From NCBI GenBank assembly GCA_964016885.1, contig OZ024763.1, positions 26,846,001-26,910,000 on the forward strand: DNA of 64,000 nucleotides. The letters run 5' to 3'. The position numbers were made by a program, and so were the translations under genes. The notes below the pieces were generated by a model. That model was not told the DNA's origin, did no database searches, and saw nothing but the letters and a program-made list of their open reading frames with translations. The DNA comes from Eledone cirrhosa. Lineage: Eukaryota. Shown here one piece after another: positions 11,753 to 26,347 of this stretch (position 1 is the first letter of the stretch; every line of letters starts with the position of its first letter).

Positions 11753-11949
11753 TAAGTAAGACCCCGACGGCTGAGCTCAAGCCGTTTCGACGGCTAATTC
11801 TGTACTGAATTCAGTACAGAATTAGCCGTCGAAACGGCTTGAGCTCAGCCGTCGGGGTCTTACTTACTCTTATTACCCACTCTACTACCCTAAGTATTGA
11901 GTACTTTGGTGCGTTATGGTCCACCTGGTTCCTTACCACTTTTCCCTCG

Positions 11950-11994
<45 letters not shown>

Positions 11995-11996
11995 AT

Positions 11997-12362
11997 ACTT
12001 TTGAGCTGACTTTTGGGATGCTCCCATACAGCTCTGAGTTTTTCATCCTCAGTGTATACTGATTAATGTTCAGAGCCATCCTCAGCATTCTCGTGTACAC
12101 AAAAGTGACACAGAGGAGACTGAGGTTGGCTGGACATGCTCACCGACATCCAGAGTTGACATTGCACTCAGTGCTCCTTTGGGAGCCCCTACATGGACAC
12201 ACTAGAAGAGGAAGACCAAGGTTAACATATGTTGATGCCCTAAGGACAGACACTGGTCTGTTGGAGATGCAGGATATGGAAGCGATAATGAGGGACAGAG
12301 ACCGCTGGAGAGAACTCGTCCATGGATCTCGGGAATTTTACCCGCCTTAGATAGATAGATAT
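11997..12362 (+). mobile_element. RTE(-X) LINE 3' fragment with a 5' inversion
   Basis: 12100-12350 (+) encodes KVTQRRLRLAGH..RRGRPRLTYVD; 11997-12098 (-) encodes the immediately preceding YTRMLRMALNI..ELYGSIPKVSSK. Confidence 0.8.
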
Positions 12363-12580
12363 TTAATACATTAACAGAGAAAGCTTTAAGCAATACTCTG
12401 ACCAGCTTCCATATCACTCAACAAACATTAGGATATACCTTAGTATAATCCCAATTTTACGTTTGGGGTGCTAACTATATGTATTTTGCGGATAGCCAGT
12501 TGTATTATTTTATATGAGACATAATTAAAATACATCTCCCATATGTATATATATATATGTTTATATATATACGGTATATA

Positions 12581-12708
<128 letters not shown>

Positions 12709-12929
12709 GATATTAAATAAATGGAAACTGTATTTATAAAACCATATTTATTTCATTATACATGTATAATGAAATAAATAAATATGGTTTTATAAATATA
12801 GTTTCCATTTATTTAATATCGTATATCTACTCCAAAAACTTGTCGAGTGCTTTATATCAGTTATAAAATATTTACTTGTTGTATCCCAACAATTTTAAAT
12901 AGAACTTTTGCATATATATATATATATAT

Positions 12930-13345
12930 AATATAAGATCAAAAGATGGTTAAAGGAGTTCCATATATTTTATTATGCGCATTTCAAAAACAAACATCAT
13001 CAAGCAATAATATTTGTGTTTTCATCAGATAAAACAGGAGAACATGATATGAAGGCTAAAAAAACACTTGTTGATAGTGCAGTTTTAAATCAACATATCA
13101 AGATATGTTGATTTAAAACTGCACTATCAACAAGTGTTTTTTAGCCTTCATATCATGTTCTCCTGTTTTATCTGATGAAAACACAAATATTATTGCTTGA
13201 TGATGTTTGTTTTTGAAATGCGCATAATAAAATATATGGAACTCCTTTAACCATCTTTTGATCTTATATTATGCATACTCCAGTCCCACAAACTGTAGAG
13301 TGCTTCTTATCCGATATCTGCATTGCTTTATTGTACTACAATAAA
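12930..13345. repeat. Fold-back element with hammerhead folds (12966-13036 -, 13164-13234 +)
   Basis: TGTTTTAT-CTGATGA-long stem II-GAAA-TGCGCA-TA-ATAAAATA; same family at 25557-25865 and 57766-57955. Confidence 0.8.
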
Positions 13346-13355
13346 ACTCACCTCC

Positions 13356-13399
<44 letters not shown>

Positions 13400-13559
13400 A
13401 ACAAGTAAGACACCGACGGCTGAGCTCAGAATTAGCCGTCGAAACGGCTTGAGCTCAGCCGTCGGTGTCTTACTTGTTCCTATTACCCACTTTACTACCC
13501 TAAGTATTGAGTACTTTGGTGCGTTATGGTCCACCTGGTTCCTTACCACATTTCCTTCG

Positions 13560-13621
<62 letters not shown>

Positions 13622-13787
13622 CAATATATTAACAAATGGAAACTATATTTATAAAACCACATTTATTTCATTATACATACTTCAAGGGCCACCAAGGCAA
13701 ACTATGGTGCGCTTTCATCAGATAAAATATAATATAGGTTAGTTTTATAAATAAATAAATATTGACATACCCTGAATAAATATTGAC

Positions 13788-13864
<77 letters not shown>

Positions 13865-14305
13865 TATATATATATATAAAACGAAGGAAATGTGGTAAGG
13901 AACCAGGTGGACCATAACGCACCAAAGTACTCAATACTTAGGGTAGTAGAGTGGGTAATAGGAACGAGTAGGACCCCGACGGCTGAGCTAGTCCAGAATT
14001 AGCCGTCGAAACGGCTTGAGCTCAGCCGTCGGGGTCCTACTCGTTCCTATATATATATATATATATATATAGGGAGTGTAACTTGTAGTTACTGTAGGTT
14101 TACCCGAGTGAGAACTCGATGCATAGTTTCCAGCCTGTAAAGAGGTATAGAACTAAGCAGAGTGTAATTATAATAATAAAAGGACGATTTGTTATGTCTT
14201 CATTACGTTTATTGAGTAGTGACGCGCGTTTCGCTATTGATCAGCTCAAAGTTCGATCTGTATCGATGTAGCCCGACTCTGGAATCAAAATTTATATATA
14301 TATAT

Positions 14306-14382
<77 letters not shown>

Positions 14383-14539
14383 GAAGTTATAGTTCACTTG
14401 AAGCATTGTGTAATGAGGTATAAACGTTTGTATATGTATAATAAAGCCAAAACAATGCAGGTATGGACATAGAATAAAGAATGCAAATGCAAAAGATATT
14501 GTTGTCAATTAGTCTTTTACTTTAGATTTATTTAAATGT

Positions 14540-14602
<63 letters not shown>

Positions 14603-14691
14603 GAATCACAGTTCTAGAAGTTAATTCATTCCCAAAGGCCGTTTGTCACCTCAAATGTTCCTAAACGGAAACTATTTTCCTCGTACGAAAT

Positions 14692-14748
<57 letters not shown>

Positions 14749-15651
14749 GAGTGACTGTGTGTCAAAGATAGATAGATATCATCATAGTAACTAACTACAC
14801 AGCTAGTGACACTTCCCCGCCGATACTCCCAGCTTGTCGCCAAACGTTAAATACCCCCTCCCTCAATTGCTGGTCTTGTGCCATTGGTAGAAGAGACTTG
14901 TTTATCTGGTGTTTGGAACATAGCTTAACGGCTCTTTCATGAAAATTATAATGGAAGATAGAAGATTTTCTTTAGATAAATATAAGCATTTTAAAACAAA
15001 GTTTTGTACCATAGAACTAGGGGTGGTGTTTGGTGGCGAAAAGGGGTTAAGCTAGTGTTTAGAACATAACTGAATAAAAGTTTTTAGATAATAAACACTT
15101 TCAAACAAACAGTTTTGTATCACAGAACCAGGGTTGTTTGGAACATGACTTAACAAAGGTTCATACATAAAATTATGATAGAAGGCTTTTAGATAAATAT
15201 AAAAACTTTCAAACAGTTTTATATCATAAAATCTTCTGTGTTTGGAACCTAACTTAACAAAGGTTCTTACATAAAATTATGATGGAAGGTTTTTAGATAA
15301 ATATAAACACTTTAAAACAGTTTTCTATCATAGAACCAGAGGTGGTTTCAGGTCGTTTGGTGTGAAAAAAAATGGGGTGGGTTTAAGCTGAGATCCGGTT
15401 TTTAAATGTTTTGTTTTTTTCTTTCTTCTCCTGTTCTTCTTCTGATATAAAGAGGAAGTTAGTTGACAGTGTTGTGACGTGATAAAGTCAAATAAGTTCC
15501 CACTCTCGCCCTCACCTCACCACCATTACTAGCAGTAAAGTTCGCTCTTTGATGTTTGTTTCTCACTGAAGGTTAATCAGTGTGTGTGCTGTTAGCTCTG
15601 CATAATAACATATTTTGTGGTTGAAATAACGTTTATTACGTTGAGAGAGTT

Positions 15652-15686
<35 letters not shown>

Positions 15687-15902
15687 GAGTGTGAAAGAGA
15701 GAGAGAGAGAGAGTATGAGTGTGAAAGAGTGTGTGTGTGTGAGAGAGAGAGAGAGAGTGTGAAAGGGTGAGAGAGGGGGGTGAGAAAGAGAATGAGTGTG
15801 AAAGAGATATAAAGAGTTTGTGTGTATGTCAGAGAGAGAGAGAGGGGGTGTGGTGTGAGAAAAATAATGAGTGTGAAAGAGAGATAAAGAGTTTGTGTGT
15901 GT

Positions 15903-15967
<65 letters not shown>

Positions 15968-16168
15968 TAAAGAGTGCATGTATATGTCAGAGAGAGAGAG
16001 TGAGTGTGTGTGTGTCAGAGAGAAAGTGGGTGGGAGATATAGATAGATAGAGAGAGTGAGTGAATGAGTATGAGAGAGAGAGAAAGAGAGAGAGAGATTG
16101 CATCAAGCCTAATTTGTTTTTTGATCATAGTAATGAAAGTACACACGGGCGATTTATGTGTGTGTATG

Positions 16169-16287
<119 letters not shown>

Positions 16288-16568
16288 TTATACTTGTATA
16301 AATATATTAATGTATATACATACATACACGCACACTTTCACACATATACATGTACACACACACATACATATAATACATATACTTACACGCACACGCACAC
16401 ATACATGCATATGCATTCACAGACACCATCCGATACTGACACACACACACACACACACATACACACAAATATATATACATACACACACATAAAAACATAC
16501 AAAAATACACATACACACAAACACATAATTATACACACACACATACATATTACACATACGCACACACG

Positions 16569-16625
<57 letters not shown>

Positions 16626-17104
16626 CATATTCACACACACATATATGTACACACACACACACACAGATAAATATATATATATAAATATTCTATCCCATGC
16701 TAGCGTGGAAGATAGACGTTAAACAATGATGATGATGATGATGATGATGATATATTACACATACACATACGCCCACATGCCTACACACACATATGTATAT
16801 CACACATACATACACACACACATGTATGTATATTTAAAAGCAACAATAACTGCCTTAATATCAATACACAGATTACAACTGAGAGTTTCACCGTCTATTG
16901 GTTGATTAGGCAGTGTCTTTAATCCAGGTTAATGCTAGGAATTTGTATTAATATTATGAACCAATGAACCGAGGTGAAACTGGTAACAGCAATGTGATCA
17001 CAGATTAATCCACTTCTTTGGATAAAACTATCAGACTCTCTCTTTCTTTGTAGAGAATTCTTTATTTCTTGAGTTTATTTGACACTGCTACACATTGGCT
17101 CATA

Positions 17105-17215
<111 letters not shown>

Positions 17216-17224
17216 CACACATAT

Positions 17225-17567
17225 ATGGCTCAGTGGTTAGAGCATTGGCCTTGCAATCGAAAGGTTGTGAGTTCAATTCTCAGACCGGGTGATGTGTTGT
17301 TTCCTTGAGCAAGACACTTTATTTTCACATTGCTCCAGTTTACTCAGCTGTAGAAATGAGATGATAGGGACTGGGGTCCATATCATTCCACTGTAAAGTG
17401 GTCGTGGAGGTGCCATGGCAAAAAAGCACCCAGCACTCACTGTAAATGAGGTTGGTGTTAGAAAGGGTATCCAGCTGTAGAAATCAAGCCAGGATCAGTT
17501 CCCGCCCCACCCTTGCAAGCAGGGAAAAGTGGACGTAAAATGAAATGATGATGATGATGATGATGAT
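17225..17567 (+). mobile_element. tRNA-derived SINE family A with RTE-type 3' tail
   Basis: A box TGGCTCAGTGG, B box GAGTTCAATTC, 3' (GAT)n; copies 33545-33880 (-), 49196-49347 (-), 49450-49590 (-), 49720-49890 (-), 51309-51620 (+). Confidence 0.88.
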
Positions 17568-17681
17568 ATATATATATATGTGTAAATGAAGTATTTCCGT
17601 CGGAAAGGTACAGGAAAAAAGAGTGCTCTATGTAGGCTACAGAGCTTATTAGTTATGTAATAAACAACATAAGGTAATTAT

Positions 17682-17739
17682 TTCATTTACCAGTGGTTTC
17701 TTGAAAGCAGATGTGTCTCTTTTCAGTCGTCAGAATGAA
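17682..17739 (-). ncRNA. Type I hammerhead ribozyme fold within fold-back element 17650-17836
   Basis: Minus strand TTCATT-CTGACGA-cTGAAAAGA gacaca TCTgcTTTCAa-GAAA-CC act GG-TA-AATGAA. Confidence 0.75.
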
Positions 17740-17831
17740 TAAAAACCTTGGTGACGACTGAAAACAGATACAACATCTGCTTTCAAGAAACCACTGGTAA
17801 ATGAAATAATTACCTTATGTTGTTTATTACA

Positions 17832-17868
<37 letters not shown>

Positions 17869-18126
17869 TTTTCATATGTATGTAACCCATTTGCAACGCC
17901 GCAGCTCCATTATTATCATATTTACACATATATTTTTTCCTCTGCTGCTACCCGTCTGTTTCGTTCTTTGTATCTTTACCCTTTCTAGCAGTCTCTCTCT
18001 CTGTGTTAGCCTCTTCCTCACCTTTCACTCACTCATTCTCTGTCACTACCTCTCCTCCTCCCCTTTCTTCCCGTTTGACCTGTCCGTATTCTTTTCTCGC
18101 GCGTTCTTGGCCAAGCCGGTATGAAT

Positions 18127-18180
<54 letters not shown>

Positions 18181-18568
18181 GCGACTTCACAGAACTTATG
18201 TTTACCGAATTCGCAGACCAGACCCCTTCTTCCTCCCGTTAGACCTGTGCGAAATTCCTTCCTTGCTCACATTTCAACCAGGTTTGATGGTCTTTATTCT
18301 CTCGTTCACGATTTCACCGAATTTATATTCATAGAAATCTGGGACTTGTCTCTTTCTTCATCACTTTCTGTTGCTTAAACCATTTTGTCTGTTTACCCTA
18401 GCGTCCCCTTTATTTACGTGTCCCAACGACTTTTTTTAGCCGTTGCTCGCACCAACCTGAGGTATATGGCCTTTAAAGCGATGAAATGCCTATGACGGTT
18501 GGAAGGCCACTGATGAAGGACAAACTTTTTCATATGTAACCCATTTGCAACGCCGCAGCTCCATTATT

Positions 18569-18652
<84 letters not shown>

Positions 18653-19074
18653 TATATATATAGGAGAAGGTCAGGACCAAGATTGCTGGGCTCTCTCTCT
18701 CTCTCTCTCTCGCTCTCTTTCTGTATACATACATCTCTCTCTCTCTTTCACACCCTCTGTGTATACATACATCTCTCTCTCTGTATATACACACATCTCT
18801 CTCTCTGTATATACATACATCTCTCTCTCTGTATATACATACATCTCTCTCTCTGTATATACATACATATCTCTTTATGTATACATATACCTCTCTTTCT
18901 CTCTCTCTTTGTATATATATGCCTCTCTCTCTCTCTATACATATATATATGTGTATATATACACAGTGGTGTATATATACACAGTGATGTCTCGCAGTAC
19001 GTGTTTAATTTGTTCCTTGACCGAACTTGTATGAAACTTGCTGGTACTGCGGATTTCCACTCATACTACAAAAC

Positions 19075-21606
19075 TACCAACACCACTACCACCACCCCAA
19101 CCATCACCACCACTTCTACCACTACCACCACCACCACCACCACTTCTACCACTATCATCACCACTACCACCACTACCACCACCCCAACCATCACCACCAC
19201 TTCTACCACTAACATCACCACTACCACCACTACCACCACCCCAACCATCACCACCACTTCTGCCACTATCATCACCACTACCACCACCCCAACCATCACC
19301 ACCACTTCTGCCACTATCATCACCACTACCGCCACTACCACCATAAACACCACCACCACTTCTACCACTAGCATCACCACTACCACCACCACCACCACTT
19401 CTACCACTATCATCACCACTACCGCCACTACCACCATAAACACCACCACCACTTATACCACTAGCATCACCACTACCACCACCACTACCACCACCACCAC
19501 CACCACTTCTACCACTATCATCACCACTACCGCCACTACCACCATAAACACCACCACCACTTATACCACTAGCATCACCACTACCACCACCACCACCACC
19601 ACCACCACTTCTACCACTAGCATCACCACTACCACCACTAGCATCACCACTACCACCACCCCAACCATCACCACCACTTCTGCCACTATCATCACCACTA
19701 CCGCCACTACCACCATAAACACCACCACCACTTCTACCACTATCATCACCACTACCACCACCACCACCACTACCGCCACTACCACCATAAACACCACCAC
19801 CACCACCACCACTTCTACCACTATCATCACCACTACCGCCACTACCACCATAAACACCACCACCACCACCACCACTTCTACCACTATCATCACCACTACC
19901 GCCACTACCACCATAAACACTACCACCACCACCACCACCACCACTTCTACCACTATCATCACCACTACCGCCACTACCACCACCACCACCACCACCACTT
20001 CTACCACTATCATCACCACTACCGCCACTACCACCATAAACACCACCACCACTTCTACCACTACCACCACCACCACCACCACCACTTCTACCACTATCAT
20101 CACCACTACCACCACCACCACCACCACCACCACTACCGCCACTACCACCATAAACACCACCACCACCACCACCACTTCTACCACTAGTATCACCACCACC
20201 ACCACCACCACCACCACCACCACCACTACCGCCACTACCACCATAAACACCACCACCACCACCACCACCACTTCTACCACTAGCATCACCACTACCACCA
20301 CCACCACCACTTCTACCACTATCATCACCACTACCACCACCACCACCACTACCACCACTACCACCATAAACACCACCACCACCACCACCACTTCTACCAC
20401 TAGCATCACCACTACCACCACCACCACCACCACCACCACCACCACCACTTCTACCACCACCACCACCACCACCACCACCACTTCTACCACTAGCATCACC
20501 ACTACCACCACCACCACCATCACCACCACTTCTACCACTATCATCACCACTACCACCACCACCACCACTACCACCACTACCACCATAAACACCACCACCA
20601 CCACCACCACTTCTACCACTAGCATCACCACTACCACCACCACCACCACCACCACCACCACCACCACTTCTACCACCACCACCACCACCACCACCACCAC
20701 TTCTACCACTAGCATCACCACTACCACCACCACCACCATCACCACCACTTCTACCACTATCATCACCACTACCACCACCACCACCACTACCGCCACTACC
20801 ACCATAAACACCACCACCACTTCTACCACTAGCATCACCACTACCACCACCACCACCACCACCACCACCACCACCACTTCTACCACCACCACCACCACCA
20901 CCACCACCACTTCTACCACTAGCATCACCACTACCACCACCACCACCATCACCACCACTTCTACCACTAGCATCACCACTACCACCACCACCACCACCAC
21001 CACCACCACCACCACTTCTACCACCACCACCACCACCACCACCACCACTTCTACCACTAGCATCACCACTACCACCACCACCACCATCACCACCACTTCT
21101 ACCACTATCATCACCACTACCACCACCACCACCACTACCACCACTACCACCATAAACACCACCACCACCACCACCACTTCTACCACTAGCATCACCACTA
21201 CCACCACCACCACCACCACCACCACCACCACCACCACCACCACTTCTACCACCACCACCACCACCACCACCACCACTTCTACCACTAGCATCACCACTAC
21301 CACCACCACCACCATCACCACCACTTCTACCACTATCATCACCACTACCACCACCACCACCACTACCGCCACTACCACCATAAACACCACCACCACTTCT
21401 ACCACCACCACCACCACCACCACCACCACTTCTACCACTAGCATCACCACTACCACCACCACCACCATCACCACCACTTCTACCACTATCATCACCACTA
21501 CCACCACCACCACCACTACCGCCACTACCACCATAAACACCACCACCACCACCACCACCACCACCACTAGCATCACCACTACCGCCACTACCACCACCAC
21601 CACCAC
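19075..21606. repeat. Compound (ACC)n-based trinucleotide array, intronic
   Basis: ACC runs punctuated by recurring ACT/ATC/TCT/ATAAAC modules; ends ~45 bp before an exon acceptor. Confidence 0.95.
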
Positions 21607-21651
21607 TCTACACTACTATCTTCTCATCCACTGTTTATTCCATATTGACAG

Positions 21652-21734
21652 GAGAGCCATCGAGGCAGCTACTCAAGGTTGCGTTCCTCTGATGGTGCAC
21701 CACACCATCTCGTCTATTCCTGTCCACAATTCAG
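21652..21734 (+). CDS. Amidohydrolase (Atu3266/EF_0837-like deacetylase), internal exon
   Basis: ttgacag|G AGA GCC ... TCA G|gtaagt; encodes RAIEAATQGCVPLMVHHTISSIPVHNS (PLMVH metal-ligand strand); phase 1 joins the next exon. Confidence 0.8.
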
Positions 21735-21809
21735 GTAAGTGCCACCTTAGTTTCACATTCTTGTTTGTAACATGTAACCCAGTGTAATCTGTCACATTGG
21801 TAGGGTTGT

Positions 21810-24212
21810 TGGCAACTAAACCAGGCAATTTCACCCAGCCACGGTAAGGTTGTCAGCAACTACACCAGGCAACTCTACCAGGCAACTAAACCAGGCAATT
21901 TCACCCAGCCATGGTAAGGTTGTCAGCAACTACACCAGGCAACTCTACCAGGCAACTAAACCAGGCAATTTCACCCAGCCACGGTAAGGTTGTCAGCAAC
22001 TACACCAGGCAACTAAACAGGCAATTTCACCCAGCCACGGTAAGGTTGTCAGCAACTACACCAGGCAACTCTACCAGGCAACTAAACTAGGCAATTTCAC
22101 CCAGCCATGGTAAGGTTGTCAGCAACTCTACCAGGCAACTAAACCAGGCAATTTCACCCAGCCATGGTAAGGTTGTCAGCAACTACACCAGGCAACTCTA
22201 CCAGGCAACTAAACCAGGCAATTTCACCCAGCCACGGTAAGGTTGTCAGCAACTACACCAGGCAACTAAACAGGCAATTTCACCCAGCCACGGTAAGGTT
22301 GTCAGCAACTACACCAGGCAACTCTACCAGGCAACTAAACTAGGCAATTTCACCCAGCCATGGTAAGGTTGTCAGCAACTCTACCAGGCAACTAAACCAG
22401 GCAATTTCACCCAGCCATGGTAAGGTTGTCAGCAACTACACCAGGCAACTCTACCAGGCAACTAAACCAGGCAATTTCACCCAGCCACGGTAAGGTTGTC
22501 AGCAACTACACCAGGCAACTAAACAGGCAATTTCACCCAGCCACGGTAAGGTTGTCAGCAACTACACCAGGCAACTCTACCAGGCAACTAAACTAGGCAA
22601 TTTCACCCAGCCATGGTAAGGTTGTCAGCAACTCTACCAGGCAACTAAACCAGGCAATTTCACCCAGCCATGGTAAGGTTGTCAGCAACTACACCAGGCA
22701 ACTCTACCAGGCAACTAAACCAGGCAATTTCACCCAGCCACGGTAAGGTTGTCAGCAACTACACCAGGCAACTAAACAGGCAATTTCACCCAGCCACGGT
22801 AAGGTTGTCAGCAACTACACCAGGCAACTCTACCAGGAAACTAAACTAGGCAATTTCACCCAGCCATGGTAAGGTTGTCAGCAACTCTACCAGGCAACTA
22901 AACCAGGCAATTTCACCCAGCCATGGTAAGGTTGTCAGCAACTACACCAGGCAACTCTACCAGGCAACTAAACCAGGCAATTTCACCCAGCCACGGTAAG
23001 GTTGTCAGCAACTACACCAGGCAACTCTACCAGGCAACTAAACCAGGCAATTTCACCCAGCCATGGTAAGGTTGTCAGCAACTACACCAGGCAACTCTAC
23101 CAGGCAACTAAACCAGGCAATTTCACCCAGCCACGGTAAGGTTGTCAGCAACTACACCAGGCAACTAAACAGGCAATTTCACCCAGCCACGGTAAGGTTG
23201 TCAGCAACTACACCAGGCAACTCTACCAGGCAACTAAACTAGGCAATTTCACCCAGCCATGGTAAGGTTGTCAGCAACTCTACCAGGCAACTAAACCAGG
23301 CAATTTCACCCAGCCATGGTAAGGTTGTCAGCAACTACACCAGGCAACTCTACCAGGCAACTAAACCAGGCAATTTCACCCAGCCACGGTAAGGTTGTCA
23401 GCAACTACACCAGGCAACTCTACCAGGCAACTAAACCAGGCAATTTCACCCAGCCATGGTAAGGTTGTCAGCAACTACACCAGGCAACTAAACCAGGCAA
23501 TTTCACCCAGCCACGGTAAGGTTGTCAGCAACTACACCAGGCAACTCTACCAGGCAACTAAACCAGGCAATTTCACCCAGCCATGGTAAGGTTGTCAGCA
23601 ACTACACCAGGCAACTCTACCAGGCAACTAAACCAGGCAATTTCACCCAGCCACGGTAAGGTTGTCAGCAACTACACCAGGCAACTCTACCAGGCAATTT
23701 CACCCAGCCACGGTAAGGTTGTCAGCAACTACACTAGGCAACTCTACCAGGCAACTAAACTAGGCAATTTCACCCAGCCATGGTAAGGTTGTCAGCAACT
23801 CTACCAGGCAACTAAACCAGGCAATTTCACCCAGCCATGGTAAGGTTGTCAGCAACTACACCAGGCAACTCTACCAGGCAACTAAACCAGGCAATTTCAC
23901 CCAGCCATGGTAAGGTTGTCAGCAACTACACCAGGCAACTAAACCAGGCAATTTCACCCAGCCATGGTAAGGTTGTCAGCAACTACACCAGGCAACTAAA
24001 CCAGGCAATTTCACCCAGCCATGGTAAGGTTATCAGCAACTACACCAGGCAACTCTACCAGGCAACTAAACCAGGCAATGCCACCAAGCCATGGTAGGAT
24101 TCTCAGCAACTACACCAGGCAACTCTACCAGGCAACTAAACCAGGCAATCCCACCAAGCCATGGTAGGATTCTCAGCAACTAAACCAGGCAACTCTACCA
24201 GGCAACTAAGTC
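21810..24212. repeat. Modular minisatellite (13-bp gcaact..ccag modules plus gcaatttcacccagccayggtaaggttgtca) with a 253-bp higher-order period
   Basis: Variant aaactagg recurs with its TAG at 22088, 22341, 22594, 22847. Confidence 0.95.
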
Positions 24213-24899
24213 AGACAATTCCACAGTTGTTTTTTTTGCAGAAGCAGTTGACCAGCAAACCTTGTATGATGTTTAATCAGTTGTGTACTTTTGGGATTTT
24301 TCTATATATTTGATAAAGTGTGGGATGGGTCTATCAAGGAATATTTTGGTCCTTTCTCAGAATGCTAATGTAATATCCATCTAAATGTCTCTATAGACAA
24401 GAGTGCATGGTCCAAGTCTCAGAACCATAGAGGAGACTAGATTCTACTGTTGTTCTAACAGGACAGATTTTAAGTTTGTTTGGTATATTGGATTTCCAAA
24501 TTTTATCTGGCTTATGGTGCCACACTGTAAATGGGGTTGGTGTTAGGAAGAGCATCCAGCTGTAAATACCTGGCCAAATTTACAGTCCTCGCCGGAGCAA
24601 GGTGTGACATGGCCAGCTATGTCCAGACTTGCCTACCACGTGGACGACGCACCTAACCCATGCAAGCATGGAAAAATGGACACTAAGTGGTGATGATGAT
24701 ATGAAATGCATTCCAGATGGTATGATAGTAGAGGAATTGAATCTGTGACTTACTGATTGTGAAGCGAACCACCCCAACCATTCGACCATACTGCTGCGCC
24801 ATCCACAAATGTCATAAATTTATCCTGAATATTGACCACTGATTGACCAATGTTTCTGTAACAGACATTGTTACTCATGTTTTTTATCAATTTTTCCAG

Positions 24900-25531
24900 A
24901 TGACCAGGTCGGATGTCCGGGGAATCTACGGCATGGTGACATCTACACCCACACCTATCATGGTTTTCCCAGTACCATCATTGACAAGAAGACGGGTAAC
25001 ATTCATCCTGCCGTATGGGAGGCCAAGAAACGTGGCGTGTTATTTGATGTCGGTCATGGGCAGGGTTCGTTCAGTTGGACCGTGGCCGAAATATGCGCCA
25101 AGAACGGGTTCTGGCCAGATATTATAAGCACTGACCTGCACAGTGGCAATGTCAACGGACCTGCTTATGACCTGGTCACTATTATGTCCAAGTTTCTTCA
25201 TCTGGGCATGCCCATGGCCGATATTGTGAGGGCCGTGACTGAAACACCGGCACGTGCTATTCAGAAATCTGAAGACCTTGGAAAGTTAGCAGTCGGACGA
25301 GAGGCAGATGTGACTGTGTTGAGACTAGATAAATGTGAAGTGGATATGGAAGATAGCCAGGGACAAATGAGGCATATCAAACAAAGAATTGTACCAATAG
25401 CAGTCTTCAAGGCTGGAATACTGTACCAAGTTCAAATCCCTGATAACTGGCCCAATATCGATAAGGCCAGATCATTGACAGCCGATTGGAACTCACTTAT
25501 TATAAGGGACATAGAGAAACCCAACTACTAG
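24900..25531 (+). CDS. Amidohydrolase (dihydroorotase-like deacetylase, Atu3266/EF_0837 family), last coding exon
   Basis: tttttccag|AT GAC; encodes LRHGDIYTHTYHG..RGVLFDVGHGQGSFSW..PDIISTDLH..MSKFLHLGMP..VTETPARAI..G.LAVGREADVTVL; TAG at 25529-25531. Confidence 0.9.
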
Positions 25532-25683
25532 TGGTATGATAAGATTATATATATATCATGTAGGAGGTGAGTTTTATTGTAGTACAATAAAGCAATGCAG
25601 ATATCGGATAAGAAGCACTCTACAGTTTGTAGGACTGGAGTATACATAATATAAGATCAAAAGATGGTTAAAGGAGTTCCATG

Positions 25684-25754
25684 TATTTTATTATGCGCAT
25701 TTCAAAAACAAACATCATCATGCAATAATATTTGTGTTTTCATCAGATAAAACA
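25684..25754 (-). ncRNA. Type I hammerhead fold (ATGCGCAT stem-III family) just downstream of the amidohydrolase stop
   Basis: Near-identical to the 13164-13234 motif. Confidence 0.7.
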
Positions 25755-26177
25755 GGAGAACATGATATGAAGGCTAAAAAACACTTGTGGATAGTGCAGT
25801 TATGTTGATTTAAAACTGCACTATCCACAAGTGTTTTTTAGCCATCTTTTGATCTTATATTATATCATATATATATATATATATACAAATATATATACAA
25901 AAATATATATATATATAAAATTTGTTGTATACACTCTACTAATGTACTGAGTACCTTACTTACTGTGGTTACCCTTGATTCAACCAGGGACTGACTCCCC
26001 CTCCATCCACCCGTCACCACCTCTACACGCCTCACACCCTTTCACCACTTCTTTTCAACTTATTGTCCAACTCATGTTTATTTTAATTTTTTTCCCTTCA
26101 TTTTAATTTTTTCCTGTTATTTTAATGCTCACCGCCCCCTCCTCACACCCTCTCGGAACTCTTCTCCTTCCCACCTT

Positions 26178-26288
26178 TTTCCTGATGAAGGGCTTATTCC
26201 CGAAACGTTGTCCCCCACCCCCCACTCTCAAGCGTGGACCTAATACCTAACACCTTTCATAACTGTACTCCTTGTTGTTATTTACTTT

Positions 26289-26292
<4 letters not shown>
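26178..26292 (+). mobile_element. Penelope-like 3'-end fragment with minimal hammerhead core
   Basis: CTGATGA-aGGG cttatt CCC-GAAACGTT; downstream sequence is similar to 6455-6565 (-); ends in (TA)n. Confidence 0.5.

Positions 26293-26347
<55 letters not shown>

Noticed and set aside
14900-15400. Possible upstream amidohydrolase exons
   Set aside because: Degenerate tandem MITE-like units; no frame with family motifs found here or elsewhere in 5-21 kb
17225-17290. tRNA gene
   Set aside because: A/B boxes present but no proper cloverleaf; continues into a multi-copy SINE body and tail
18545-21787. 1080-aa Thr-rich mucin-like ORF
   Set aside because: Stop-free frame of an (ACC)n array and TA/CT microsatellites; only 21652-21734 is a real exon with splice signals
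21810-24212. CRISPR-like repeat array (also considered for 35563-42830)
   Set aside because: No unique spacers and no cas genes; eukaryotic tandem repeats
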